From NCBI RefSeq assembly GCF_018977255.1, contig NW_024704749.1, forward strand, positions 7,874,001 to 7,938,000: a stretch of 64,000 nucleotides of DNA, given 5' to 3'. The notes beneath the pieces were generated by a model. It was not told the DNA's origin, did not search any database, and saw only the letters and a list, made by a program, of their open reading frames with translations. Positions 24,701 to 36,000 of this stretch are shown here, in pieces. A program made the translations under genes and the position numbers. Numbering within the stretch: position 1 is the first letter of the stretch; every line of letters starts with the position of its first letter. Source of the stretch: Callorhinchus milii (Eukaryota).

Positions 24701-27571
24701 AGTCACATAATGACGCATAGGAGGAGGAAGTCACTCAGTCCACTCTGCATTTTATTAGATCCCGACAGATCTTTTAATCCCATTTTCTCCACATCATCTA
24801 ACATTTTTACTTCCCAAGTATGGATCTACCCATTATACTCACTATCTAAAACTCCTCAATCAGATCACCCTTTAACCTCCTCAGCCATAATAATAGTAAT
24901 CCTTGCATTTTATATCGCATCTCATCACATCGTTGAGACTTCTCAAAATGCTTCACAGAATATATTGTAAAGTGGAGTGACAGTGTATTTTGTGGGTGAA
25001 ATACAACATAACCCACATGCACCCAGGCTTTCATCATACATAGGCCCCTCACCCAAAGGTCTGAAAATACTGCTACGAAACACAAACCATGTTGACTTAC
25101 GTAAAATACATCTTTTGTTTTCTTTATTGTATTCAGAGTGTCCGCCTTCCGCTGCTCTGTCAGCACTACACTTGATGGCTGTGAAGAGAATATTTTTATA
25201 TATATATATAAAGAAAAATTCTGATCAGAAATAACAATCTTCCAACCCCTGATGTGCAATACCTTCACTTACCTGCGGTTTCACGTTAAATGATGATTTT
25301 TCAAGATCACTCTGGTTTTCCTTTTCATATTTTTCTCTCAGCCCTGTGATGAAATCTTCAATTTCCTGATGATACCGTCTGAATTATAAAAAAATGATGG
25401 TGTGTCTTTTAAATTGAAGACTCTAAAGCTAATATTAAAGTGAGAATCTTGCGACAAATGAGCAAGCAAAGCTAAGTAACCTGTTTTGCCCATAAAATAC
25501 ACAGTCCACTTTATGGTATATCCTGTGAAGCGCTTTGAGATGTCTCAACGATGTGATAAGGTGCTATATCAAATGCAAGGATTATTTCATTAATGGTTCA
25601 ACATAAACTTACTTGGAAATGTTGTTGTTCATAAACAAGACCTGAACTAGGGGACCATCCAACTTGGAATCGCTCACCACAATTCTAAGGACCAAAAAGA
25701 TAAACAGAAAAGTTGACAGGTTTAAATAAAAAATCTTCCAAATTTCAGACTCCAATCAAGTTGCATTTTTCACTAAAAAACCCTAAATCTTAACTTTCAT
25801 GCGTTACTCCTTAATTATCTTGAACTATATACCTGAATGGTATCTCTTACCTCTAAGCCCTCAATAGAACACTGCACTGTAGAATATAGAAAATACTTTT
25901 TTTCTAAAACTCAAATGAAGGCAGTTGTCCTACTTCAACCCACCAAATTCTAACCTGTTCGAGTTTTATAAATCAGATAAGGAAGTAGACAATTATTCCC
26001 ATTTGAACTACCTTCAAAAGTAGGTAGGAATAATAAAACACACACAACTTGCTAAGAAGTTCTATCTGACACAATGATACAAACACACATGGTACTGTAT
26101 GAAATAAAATATATCCATAGCTGGAGGACAAGAGTGTACTATAAAAGTTAGTTAAGACAATACTAGATACCATAATTCAGAATTAAATGCCTTGTACTTC
26201 CTTAATGTCCAACTCACCTTGGCTGAGTCAATAAGTTTAGCTTCCGTCTGAGTTCCTGATGTAAGCTGACTGTCAAGGAAATCTTTAAGATTGGCAGTAA
26301 GTACATTCCAAACAACTCTAATAAGTCAGTCTCTTAGTGTATTATGGACTGGATATTACAGATGTTGAAATAATTTTTTAGATATTTTTAAATGTATCCT
26401 TCACACATACTATAGAGCAAATAGCTGTGAAGATCCAATGAAAAGCATGGCACAGAGAGGGGATAGGGATGTGCTGAGGAATTGAAAGTGAAACCAAACA
26501 AGTATTCATCATCAATCTGATAAAACCACGATATTGGGAATCTGATGCATCTGCCGTCGTTTTAAACTAAAACAAAATCACACAGCAAATTCCCCAAGGA
26601 AAGCGAAGCTCCCCGGGTGATAGAAGAGGCAGCTGCAGATAGAAACTTAACAGGGAATGTGAAAGTAAAGCACGACTGTTTGTGCGACACTGCTGCGCGC
26701 AACTGTCTGCAACTATCTGCCGGCAGCACAGCCCGTTTCAGGGTCCGTCCGTCGGTTTTGTGGCTCAAGTGCGGTCAAGCGGAGGGCGTGCGTCTGGAGG
26801 TCGCGGGCTGTTCCCGGAGAAGGAAGCGCCGCTGAGATGGCGGCGTTACCCTCCGCGCCGTCCCGTCACCGGCTCCCGCCGGTTGCCTCTGGCGCGGGAC
26901 TCCAAACAAACCAGTGGGGGCGGCATCTTAAAATCAGCGCTGGGCCGTTCAGGAGTGGGACCAAGAAGCGGTTTTTCCATGTAGGTGAAAAGGGAAAGGG
27001 GGGGTGGGGGGGGGGAGAAGGGGGGTAGTGGACACCTGGAACTCCGTCCCTCCCCGGAACGGCGGCGGATGCTGGACCGGTTCAAATTTTCCAAGGCGGT
27101 CAGATATCTGTTAGGTCGGGGGGGGGGGGGGGGAGGAGGTGGTCAAGGGATGTGGGGCAAAGGCGGGTATATTAAGTGGCGTTGGGGGGGGTACAGATCC
27201 GCCATGATCTAACTGAACGGCGGAACGGGCTCACGGGGGCTGAATGGCCTCCTCCGGTTCCTATCGTCTTCCCGCCGAGAGCTCCCGTACAGGCGCCGCC
27301 GTTTGATTCCCTCCTCCCTCCCTCCCGCCCGCCCGCCCTCCCGGCGCCGCTGCTGACACAGGATATTCTCGGCCTGCAGCGCCCCCGCCCGCTCCTCGCA
27401 CTCCTCCAGCCGCCTCCTCAGCGACTCGGCGGCCGCCTCGCCCCCCTCGCCGCCGCCGTCGTCGTCCTCCTCGTCGCGGAAACGGATGTGAGACGGCCCC
27501 GGGGACTCCCCGTCGTCGTTAAACTCCTGGAAGAGCTCCCGGTCACCGAAACCCACCGACGCCGCCGCCAT
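18764..27571 (-). CDS. ZCCHC8: Zinc finger CCHC domain-containing protein 8 (NEXT complex scaffold), 14 coding exons
   Basis: Exons: 27571-27367, 26260-26218, 25684-25613, 25378-25273, 25178-25101, 24365-24262, 23517-23452, 23331-23271 (zinc knuckle [14 protein letters not shown]), 22591-22461, 21786-21644 (PSP domain [18 protein letters not shown]), 21309-21185, 20658-20572, 20178-20058, 19646-18764 (Pro-rich, then C-terminus [34 protein letters not shown]). All junction phases are consistent; one frameshift lies inside the last exon. Confidence 0.96.
20790..21100 (-). mobile_element. SINE copy (tRNA-derived family with L2-type tail)
   Basis: Reverse complement of the family tail GTGAAGCGCTTTGAGA..GTGATAAGGC.CTAT.TCAAATGCAAGG, plus a degenerate B-box. 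Confidence 0.7.
22065..22350 (-). mobile_element. Near full-length tRNA-derived SINE
   Basis: Minus-strand head GGAGTCCTGTAGCTCTGGTTGGAGCACTCGCCTTGTAAGC..GGTTCAATTCC and an (ATT)n tail. Confidence 0.8.
23518..24261 (-). other. ZCCHC8: U12-type GT-AG intron (ZCCHC8 intron 6)
   Basis: Donor GTATCCTGC; branch-like TTCCTGAAT (23537-23529) close to the AG; no polypyrimidine tract. Confidence 0.8.
23876..24235 (-). mobile_element. Near full-length tRNA-derived SINE inside the U12 intron 6 of ZCCHC8
   Basis: Minus-strand head GTGGAGTCCTGTGGTGTAGTGGTTAGAGCACTTGCCTTGCAAGCGAGAGGACCTGGGTTAGATTCCC and the family tail. Confidence 0.8.
24535..24620 (+). mobile_element. CR1 LINE 3' terminus
   Basis: GATCAGTCATGATCTAATAGAATGGCAGAACAGGCTCGATGGGCTGAATAGCCT..TCTGTTCCTAT, a typical CR1 3' end. 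Confidence 0.7.
26261..27366 (-). other. ZCCHC8: U12-type AT-AC intron (ZCCHC8 intron 1)
   Basis: Donor ATATCCTGT, branch site TTCCTTGAC (26280-26272), acceptor AC. The join gives ...[18 protein letters not shown]. Confidence 0.92.
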
Positions 27572-27692
27572 CTTGTGACTGACCTCCCGCTTCCCTCCCT
27601 CCCTCCCTCCCCCCCCCCCACCGGAGTCGTGTCAAAGGTCAGGGGTCGCGCGCACGTACGCAACAGAGGTCTTCCCCATAGCAACACCTCCA
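27572..27692. promoter_or_regulatory. ZCCHC8 / unknown-gene divergent CpG promoter with DR1 and RFX-like motifs
   Basis: DR1 GTGTCA-A-AGGTCA (27629-27641), X-box-like TTCCCCATAGCAAC (27672-27685), and a YY1-type AAGATGGCGGC overlapping the ZCCHC8 ATG. CpG island spans ~26680-27690. Confidence 0.55.
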
Positions 27693-27853
27693 NNNNNNNN
27701 NNNNNNNNNNNNNNNNNNNNNNNNNNNNNNNNNNNNNNNNNNNNNNNNNNNNNNNNNNNNNNNNNNNNNNNNNNNNNNNNNNNNNNNNNNNNNNNNNNNN
27801 NNNNNNNNNNNNNNNNNNNNNNNNNNNNNNNNNNNNNNNNNNNNNNNNNNNNN

Positions 27854-28335
27854 GAAGAAAGGAGAGGGAGAGAGGAAGGGAGGGAGAGGGGGAGAGGAGA
27901 NNNNNNNNNNNNNNNNNNNNNNNNNNNNNNNNNNNNNNNNNNNNNNNNNNNNNNNNNNNNNNNNNNNNNNNNNNNNNNNNNNNNNNNNNNNNNNNNNNNN
28001 NNNNNNNNNNNNNNNNNNNNNNNNNNNNNNNNNNNNNNNNNNNNNNNNNNNNNNNNNNNNNNNNNNNNNNNNNNNNNNNNNNNNNNNNNNNNGGAGGGAG
28101 AGGGGGGAGAGGAGAAGGGGGAGGAGGAGAGGGAAGAAAGGAGAGGGAGAGAGGAAGGGAGGGAGAGAGGGGGAGAGGAGAGGAAGGGAGGGAGAGAGGG
28201 GGAGGGAGAGAGAGGGAGGGAGAGGAAGGGAGGGAGAGAGGGGGAGGGAGAGGAGAGGGGAAGAGAGGAGAGGGAAGAAAGGAGAGGGGGAGGAAGAAAG
28301 ATAAAGAGAGAGAGAGAGAGGAAGAGGAAAGAGAA
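27854..28335. repeat. Polypurine (GA-rich) low-complexity repeat broken by N gaps
   Basis: Almost purely G/A units such as GGAGAGGGAGAGAGGAAGGGA. Confidence 0.9.
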
Positions 28336-28893
28336 CTTAAGGAGGGTCTCTGAATGGTGGGAAAGGAAAAAGGAGATCACCAGAGGTTCACGCGAAGAGG
28401 TGTCTTTCGGCCCCATTTGATCTCATCGCTTCCAAAGTGATCGCCATCTCAGCGACTCGCTACTTCTTACTTGAGAAGAGGGCTATTTCTCCTCAGTCAA
28501 TCTCTCCGATTTGATTACCAGCCCTCCACCATCTCTCCAATAGCGGGCACCGTTTCTCAACCAGTTGGTTAAATGAATCCAGGGTCCCGCCCTTGACCAC
28601 CCTTCCTGGGAACCCGTTCCAGCTATTGATTACTGTTCCGTGTAAGGAAATGCTGCCTGGTGTATGTTCTGGAATTTAAGACCTTTTCACGAGTAAAAAA
28701 CGGCATGAAGCATTGGATCAAACTATAAGGAGGAGGGAAACTGGCTCCTGGTGCAACGTGGCAACAACATCAACAAAATTGCATTTGTATGGCGCCTTTC
28801 ACGTCGGAAAAACGTCCCAAGTTATAAGAAAGTCCCAAGGCACCCGAGCAGTTCTGCAGCTTCAGGGGATGTGGATGCACCGTCAAAGTAATC

Positions 28894-31637
28894 ATGGAAT
28901 CTGCTGAAGGAGTTCCAGTGTGTTTACCTGAGTGGAGCGTTGGGCACCGCAAATTCAGATATCTGTTCCTGAGGTCGCCCGAATCGATTAAAGTGTGCAA
29001 GGAGATTCAAACGGAGGTTCGTGTAACTTCACATCTCTTGACAATGGATCTGCAGCTTGCATTATCCTGCCAGTAGGAAAATGCAACAATATTTAATAGA
29101 AGTAAAATCTTTCTCTTGGACTGTACCTTCAGTCATCCTCCTACCCTCTCCCTTCCTGCCCTCAACCCCTCCTGATCCCTAACCCCCCCCCCCCCCAACA
29201 TGAAAGAAGCTTTACAGATGTAATTTCTTGTTGTTTATTTCTTCCCTGTAGGTAATATTGCCTAACATCTTGCGTTTGGTTTCCCTCTCCGTTCTCTTTT
29301 AGGAGAATCTGCCTCCCCTTTTCCTGGGGGCTGACATTGTTGCTAAAACCGGTATTCGGGTTGAAAATCATCCAAGAATTCACGCAAAGTTTGCAAAGAA
29401 AGGACTGGCAACCAAATTGAGCTTCACTTCAGGTACGATAGTGCTCCGAGATTTGACCTCTACTCTTTGCCTTTCTCGTTTCGCTCTGCAAGCATTGTTA
29501 GCTGTAAAAATTACTCGGGGCAAATTGTAAGACAGAGAAGGCAAACCCTTTTGATTTTAAAATTGGATTAATTAATTATCCTTACATTTGATATAGCACC
29601 TTATCACGCCGTTACGATGTCTCAAAGGGCTTCACAGAATCTACTGTAAAATGCAGTGACTGTATTTTGTGGGCGAATTCATCTATATGCTGTATTGTAT
29701 ACAAACCATTTGACTTCTTTGCAGTTACATCATTCAGTTCTTCAAACTCAAATTCTTTCTTTCCAACTGAAATGGTAGCAAGACCCTGTGTTTATCCTGA
29801 ACCTGCCCTTCACACCCCCAAATCTATGCCCCCTTTACCTAATGCCTTGAAGTATCTAAAAGTAACGGTACTTACAGTAACTCAATTAGCACCTTATATG
29901 TCTATAAGGCCTGCTCCGAGATTCTGAGCGCTCCAGATTATTTAGGTGTTTTTCATAGGTCATCCTGTAGCTCGTGGAGTCCTGTAGCTCAGTGATTAGA
30001 GCACTCGCTTTGCAAGCGAGAGATCTGAGTTCAATTCCAGGCAGAGGGCGAAACCTTGGGCAAGTTTCCTTACTCCACACAGAGCCTAATAATAATCCCT
30101 CCAAAACCAAAAACAATAATAAATTGGTCATTTTCAATCTACGACTGTTTGTGGGACATTGCTCTGCGCAATTGGCTGCCGCGTTCGCCCACAAATGTAG
30201 TCAATTCACTTTACAGTGTGTTCTGTGAAACGCTTTGGGACGTCCTCCCGACGTGAAAAGCGCTATATCAAATGCGAGGATTATTATTATTATTATCTTT
30301 CTTAATACAAGCTGGATTGACATTGCAAATAGCCAGATGTGCAAAGAAATCCTAAATTCTCTAAACATAGTCTCTCTGCAGTGGCTGTTGTCGTCCAGGA
30401 CTAATCGGTTGGCCCGTGCAGTTTTTCTACTGAGAAAGAAAATGTGAATTGCTCCACTTCTCGTGTTTCTCAGGACTGTCACGTTTTATGTTGAATCCTG
30501 TCTATCCTGTAACCATTTACTTTCAGCTATACGATTTGAAGGACTGAAGGTGCCAAGTGTGGTGAACAGTTTGTGGTTTTACAGCATTCAGGGACTGTTT
30601 CGAGTGGCTTTCGAAATGTACAGTAAAGAGCAACAGTTAGAAGTCCTCGACATTCTTAAGGTACTACAAGTACACAATAGATTAGTCGTTTTCATATTTA
30701 ACAATTTTACTGATGGTAAATCTAATCAAGTATTTGTCATCAATTACCTTTCCCTCTGTGGTAGGATTTGTGGAAAGGCAGGATAAATGATCCTCTTCTA
30801 AACCAGACCTACAACATTAAGTTCCTGCAAAACATCTCCGAACAGTCCGAAAATTGCCTTATGGAAACAGGAAGCCACCAAGATTTTGCATCGCCTTCGG
30901 AGTTTCAAGCCACTTATTCAGAGTGTGAATTGCATTCCATTAACAGAAATAGGACAACTGCGTCATCTTTGGACTGTGGTATCAGTACCAGAGTTGTGTG
31001 TGAAGGTGACCACAGCTACTGTGTACAAGAGAGTGAACCCTGTCCAAATAACTCAGCACGTTTGGAGGCCACAGGTTATGATTCTCTATCTGCAAGGCTC
31101 CAATTAGCTTCTCAAGCAATCAGAAATTTACCTGCACAAATTCAAGAGCAAGGGAAAGCTATTGCACTGTTGACTGATTTTTTAGAACTCTTGTTAAGTG
31201 AAACTGTATCTGTGCAGAGGTTGGTTGACACAGTGCAGGAATTTCTGTCCCAAGTTCAAGACTTAGTTGTCAAAACGGAAATTATTGAACTGGGAGCAGA
31301 TTCTATTTATGGCAGCCACATGCTTTATGCGGTCAGCAATTGGTTGGGGCATCAGTTTTATGCTGCCAATGCCTCAATCAGCAGTCAAGTGGAAGATTTC
31401 AAAACAACACATATCAGCAGGATCACAGACTTACCACCTGCAGAGGAGTTGGTGGATCAATTGTTTCCTGAAGCTATGAAGGTTTTGCTATTAAACTGGA
31501 TGGGGCTTGATGATAATTCTGCCATGTGGAAACGGCAAAGCGAGTATCCCATACTGCTTCTTATTCTAGAGTTTGCTAATCATAATCTGATCACTGGCGT
31601 AGCTCACGTTTTATATTCAAGCTTAATATGCAAGTAA
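28894..31637 (+). CDS. Uncharacterised protein, 4 coding exons, about 419 aa
   Basis: Exons: 28894-29016 (MESAEGVPVCLPEWSVGHRKFRYLFL...), 29303-29432 (ENLPPLFLGADIVAKTGIRVENHPRIHAKFAKKGLATKLSFTS), 30527-30660 (AIRFEGLKVPSVVNSLWFYSIQGLFRVAFEMYSKEQQLEVLDILK), 30765-31637 (DLWKGRINDPLL...EYPILLLILEFANHNLITGVAHVLYSSLICK*). All introns are GT-AG with polypyrimidine tracts; phases 0/1/0 join into one open frame. Confidence 0.88.
29974..30296 (+). mobile_element. Full-length tRNA(Ala-like)-derived SINE in intron 2 of the unknown gene
   Basis: A-box TAGCTCAGTGA, anticodon-like TTGCAA, B-box GAGTTCAATTCC, body, L2-like tail ending in (ATT)n. Confidence 0.85.
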
Positions 31638-33034
31638 GTATTTTATTCAGTATGTTCTGTGAAGCGCTTTGAGATGGCTCGAAGACGTGATAAGGACTAT
31701 ATCAAAAGCAAGGATTATTATTATTAAAATGCCCGCTCCAATTTCATTTAGACCGCAGATTAAGAGGATAATTGGTTTATTATTGGAGGGAAAGCTATAC
31801 ACAATACTCAGCTACACGAGAATGATTTTCACCAGAAGTCTACTTAAAGCTTAATTTGCATTAAACAAATTTATTCTCTGCAACATTTCAAAGGTGTACG
31901 AATTATTTAGGAAGCAATTCTTTGTATATTTGTATTCCATTATTGTTCATAGTGGAACATCTAACAATGATCAAGGTTTGGTTATAGCAGATAATGGCAG
32001 GAAAATAGTGCACAACAATAAGAAGGATTTTGTGCTACATTGATGTAATCAGTTATTACTGGTGCACATTAACAAGCTACATGTCTGACAACACTGAAAC
32101 ATACTTGTATGTAGCCTTTCGTTATGCATCAACATGATAAAATATTATCAACACAAGTATATTTCTTATGATTCAAAGCTCCCAAGTTCTAAAGGGGCCA
32201 CCACTGCATGCTTTTAGGTGCTCTGTGGACTTTCACTAAACTAATATTTTCACCACTTGGGAACTTACAGCAATGTCGTGACAAACAGTGAGTGAAATTT
32301 GTCAGCCTTCATGTTATTACTCTTCACTTCAAAGCAGCCTTGACATCTTAAAATATCCACCATTATCTTTGATGGACAGACTTTAAGGTTCAAATAATAT
32401 GAGAATTATCGCTTTGTGACACAATGAACCATGCTCAGAGCATTCTAGAACACATTTTGTAATAGTTATACTGAAAATCATCCATTTATTGTCCAGAAAG
32501 CTTTGCAATGAACAGTGCACTATAACGCACCTTTCAGCACTGCAATAGGTACTTACAAACAAACTATGTCCTAATTTACAACTACACAATCATTTGCCTT
32601 TCGAAAGATGAAAATAACTGTACAAGTTTTAGTACAAAAGCAATCACATAATACAGCAACATGAAGTATTACAACAAAATGTGAGATTGGGTGGTTTGAA
32701 ACCAGTCTGCAGACATCACTTCAAATACATTAAAAAAGTGATAGAATCTCCTTTCCTTGCTGCAAATAACACCACCAAATAAGTGTTCCTTCAAAGTTTC
32801 GGTTTTAAGGAAGAGTAACTATCACAATGCGATTGCCTGATACACTGTTATCTTTACAATCAAAACCTTTTTAATAATAAATTATTTTTGCATTGCAACA
32901 ACCATGCAAGCTAGACAGCTAGCTTTTTTTTCCGGTAAACAGGAAGGTGAAAAGATGAAGCTTGAAGTCTCCCAACATGGATGAAGACAATATAAAAATG
33001 TGCTGTACTTCAGCACAAGTTCAACATCTTATTC

Positions 33035-36000
33035 TTAAATCGTGTCCATTCCTCTCATGGAAGAGGAGAAACCCAGTCCCATGCCTCGCTGGGTGTGTGT
33101 TTGTGATCGTGCCATCTCATACTGAGCATCCAGGTTCCTGAACATCTCCTCTTGTTGCTTCAAAGTTTTGAAACTTTCTTCAGTCGCCGCCGTAGGTGTT
33201 CTCACCTCCTCCTCATCCTTCAACACAGAATTACAATAAAGATAAGAATTACTCTCCCGTTTCGCTCACAAAATACACAGTCACTACATTTTACAGTCTA
33301 TCCAGTGAAGGGCTTTGAGATGTCTCAAAGACGTGATGAGGCGCTATATCAAATGCAAGGATTATTATAACTAAAACATTCACATTTCAGCAAATTGAGG
33401 TCTTTATTAAAACTTAAAGCTTTCAATGATCGCTTATAATTCTCTTATCTCTGCAATCAACATTTTTAACACAAGATACAGTAAATTATGTGAAGAGTAT
33501 GGAAGTGAATTTAACGATTCTTAATATGCCTCACCTTGATGCCCATTAATTTTCGGAATTTTACATTTTGGTCCTTGTTACCAAAATTCAGCCTTTCCCA
33601 CAATTCTGCAGTCTGTGACTTATCCTGGAACATGATCAAAAAAAATTGTGAAAAATAAGCCACCATCAGCCAACCCTGTGCTTATTTCACCCACAGATAC
33701 ACACAATAGATCCCAGTATTCCTGCCAAGCAGTGATAGAGTCCCATACTGAACTAACACAGTGCCACTTGTTACCAAATTTGTTGGAACTATTTACTATG
33801 GATTCAACAAAAGAAACGTTAAACCTGGAATAATTGCTGGAGTTATTTCCCCATCCACACAACAAATCTGAACCTATTTATATTAGTGCACACAGCAAGT
33901 ACTGTCTGCAAATTCCCACGAAAAGATTCACATGAACTCCCAAATCAATCATCCAGTTATAAAGCTACACTTGGAAATAGGTACTTTACTCGCTCTGTCA
34001 CATTACATGGTGTAATTGGGTGGAGAAAAAAAAATTGTGGGACTCTGCTGTGCGCAATTGGCTGCCATATTTTGTCCACAAAATAGTCTATTCACTTTAC
34101 AGTATATCCTGTGAAGCGCTTTGAGATGTCTCAATAAGGCGCTATATTAAATGCAAGAAGTATTATTCAAATGCATCTAAAAACGTAAACTTTTCTACCC
34201 AAAGCTAGTGCAAAACCATTAAAAGTAGAGGGTATGAAGGCATTACTAATCAAACCAACTTTAAACATTCAAACTCACCCCCTCTTTCTTATTCTGCCAG
34301 AGCAGTTTCCGTTTCTTTTCTTGCTCTGCAAACTTCATTGGGTTCACAGCTGTTGGGTTGTAGTAACTGGGCACTGCTATGCCAGTTTCAGCCAATGCCT
34401 TGGCTTGTAGTGCTGCCATCTGAGCAGCCATTGCAATCTGAGGTGTGACTTGAGTACCAGATGCCAGGAGGGCAGCAACATTGAGGACTGATCCACCACT
34501 TGCCACAGCTGAAAGACACCAAACATCAGTCACTCACTACACTTGCCTCCTCTGGTCAATCTTCAGCAGTTCTGAACATTTAGGCAATTCAAACATTCAC
34601 CCACATTAGTGCATATTCAGTTTCACAGAATGAGCGCTTTTTATTTTACATCAACACTTCTGATACTGTGTTCAATCTGCAGTAGAGTCTAAAATGCACA
34701 CCAGTTGGGTCAAGCCCCATTGTTCTGAGTTCAGATATCAAATCAGTCTCCAAAATATAATGTAATGACCCAACTGCAGATGTTACACTGTTATTTAGTA
34801 CTACACAGTGTCAGCCATTCTCTCTCCCCAATATGCAGTGTTAATGTCTCTGCACCAAATCCCTGAACAAATTCAATAAATCATTGCCATTAATACTCAA
34901 GGTCAAATTTTGACCAGTGGTCAAAGTGCCCACACTCAATGAAACACTGCAAAATCCCAGCACCCAATTTTTATAATATTGTTTCAGCTGAACAACTTCC
35001 ATGAGATGCACAATCACAATTGATTGTGGCTGGAGGTTGTGCAATCCTCCAAGTGCACTCTTCTCAAACAAAACACCAAACAATCTTTTCTATATAATCT
35101 GTTTCATGTCACCAGCAACACATTTGACACAAGAATGTATGCACCTCCCAGCCTTGCAGTCATATAATAACATTCAACGTGTCGCAATAACATTTGCTGA
35201 TAGGTAGACATTAAGCTTTCCTACCTGTTGGGTTCATACTTCCAAGTGATTCGCTAGCTGGATCTATTGAAAGTAGAAAACACTTACTTTTCCAAAAAAA
35301 CATTGTCCACTAGATTTTTAAAAAATCCTAATTTTGCACTAAAGTATCACTCTTGCGTTTGTACATATAGTCTGGATCCTGATGAACCATGCACATACGA
35401 GAATCGGACATTCAGAATGCTTGCCTCGCAAGCAAGAGGACCTGAGTTTGATTCCCGGGCGGTCAAATCAGGGGGAAACCTTAGGCAAGTTTCCTTATTC
35501 ACATAAATGCCTCTCTCTGGTTACCTAGCAGTAAATGGAGTTTATTGTTAGTCAACTGGTTGTTAGTCAATTGGCAGATCGCTTCTGGGGGTAATAATTC
35601 CTTCAAAATAATAATCATGGGGTCATTCAACCCATGACTGTTTGTGGGACACTGCTGTGCGCAATTGGCTGCTGCTTTTCTCCCACAAAATACAGTCAAT
35701 TCGCTTTATAGTGTGTCCCGTGAAGTGCTTTGAGATGTCTCAAAAGACGTGATAAGGCACGGTGTCAAATGCAAAGATTACTATTATAAAATCTCCCCTC
35801 TACAACCTGCTCCCATTTCCTAACAGGAATTCTGAAGGTCTTTAAATTAGTAATACTCACAATTAAACACTGGTACAACACAATCAGACACACAGAGCTT
35901 TTAACTTGGTGCTTCGCTTACTACAGTCAGACAAGAGTCCTCTTTCCTCAGATTGTTTTTTTACAAACTGCCTTAGAAGCCAAAATAGGAACTGCAGTAA

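Noticed and set aside
27176-28420. 414-aa and 332-aa ORFs
   Set aside because: They run through N gaps and GA repeats and overlap ZCCHC8 exon 1.
29974-30050. tRNA-Ala gene
   Set aside because: No proper acceptor stem; it continues into a SINE body and tail that recur many times in the window.
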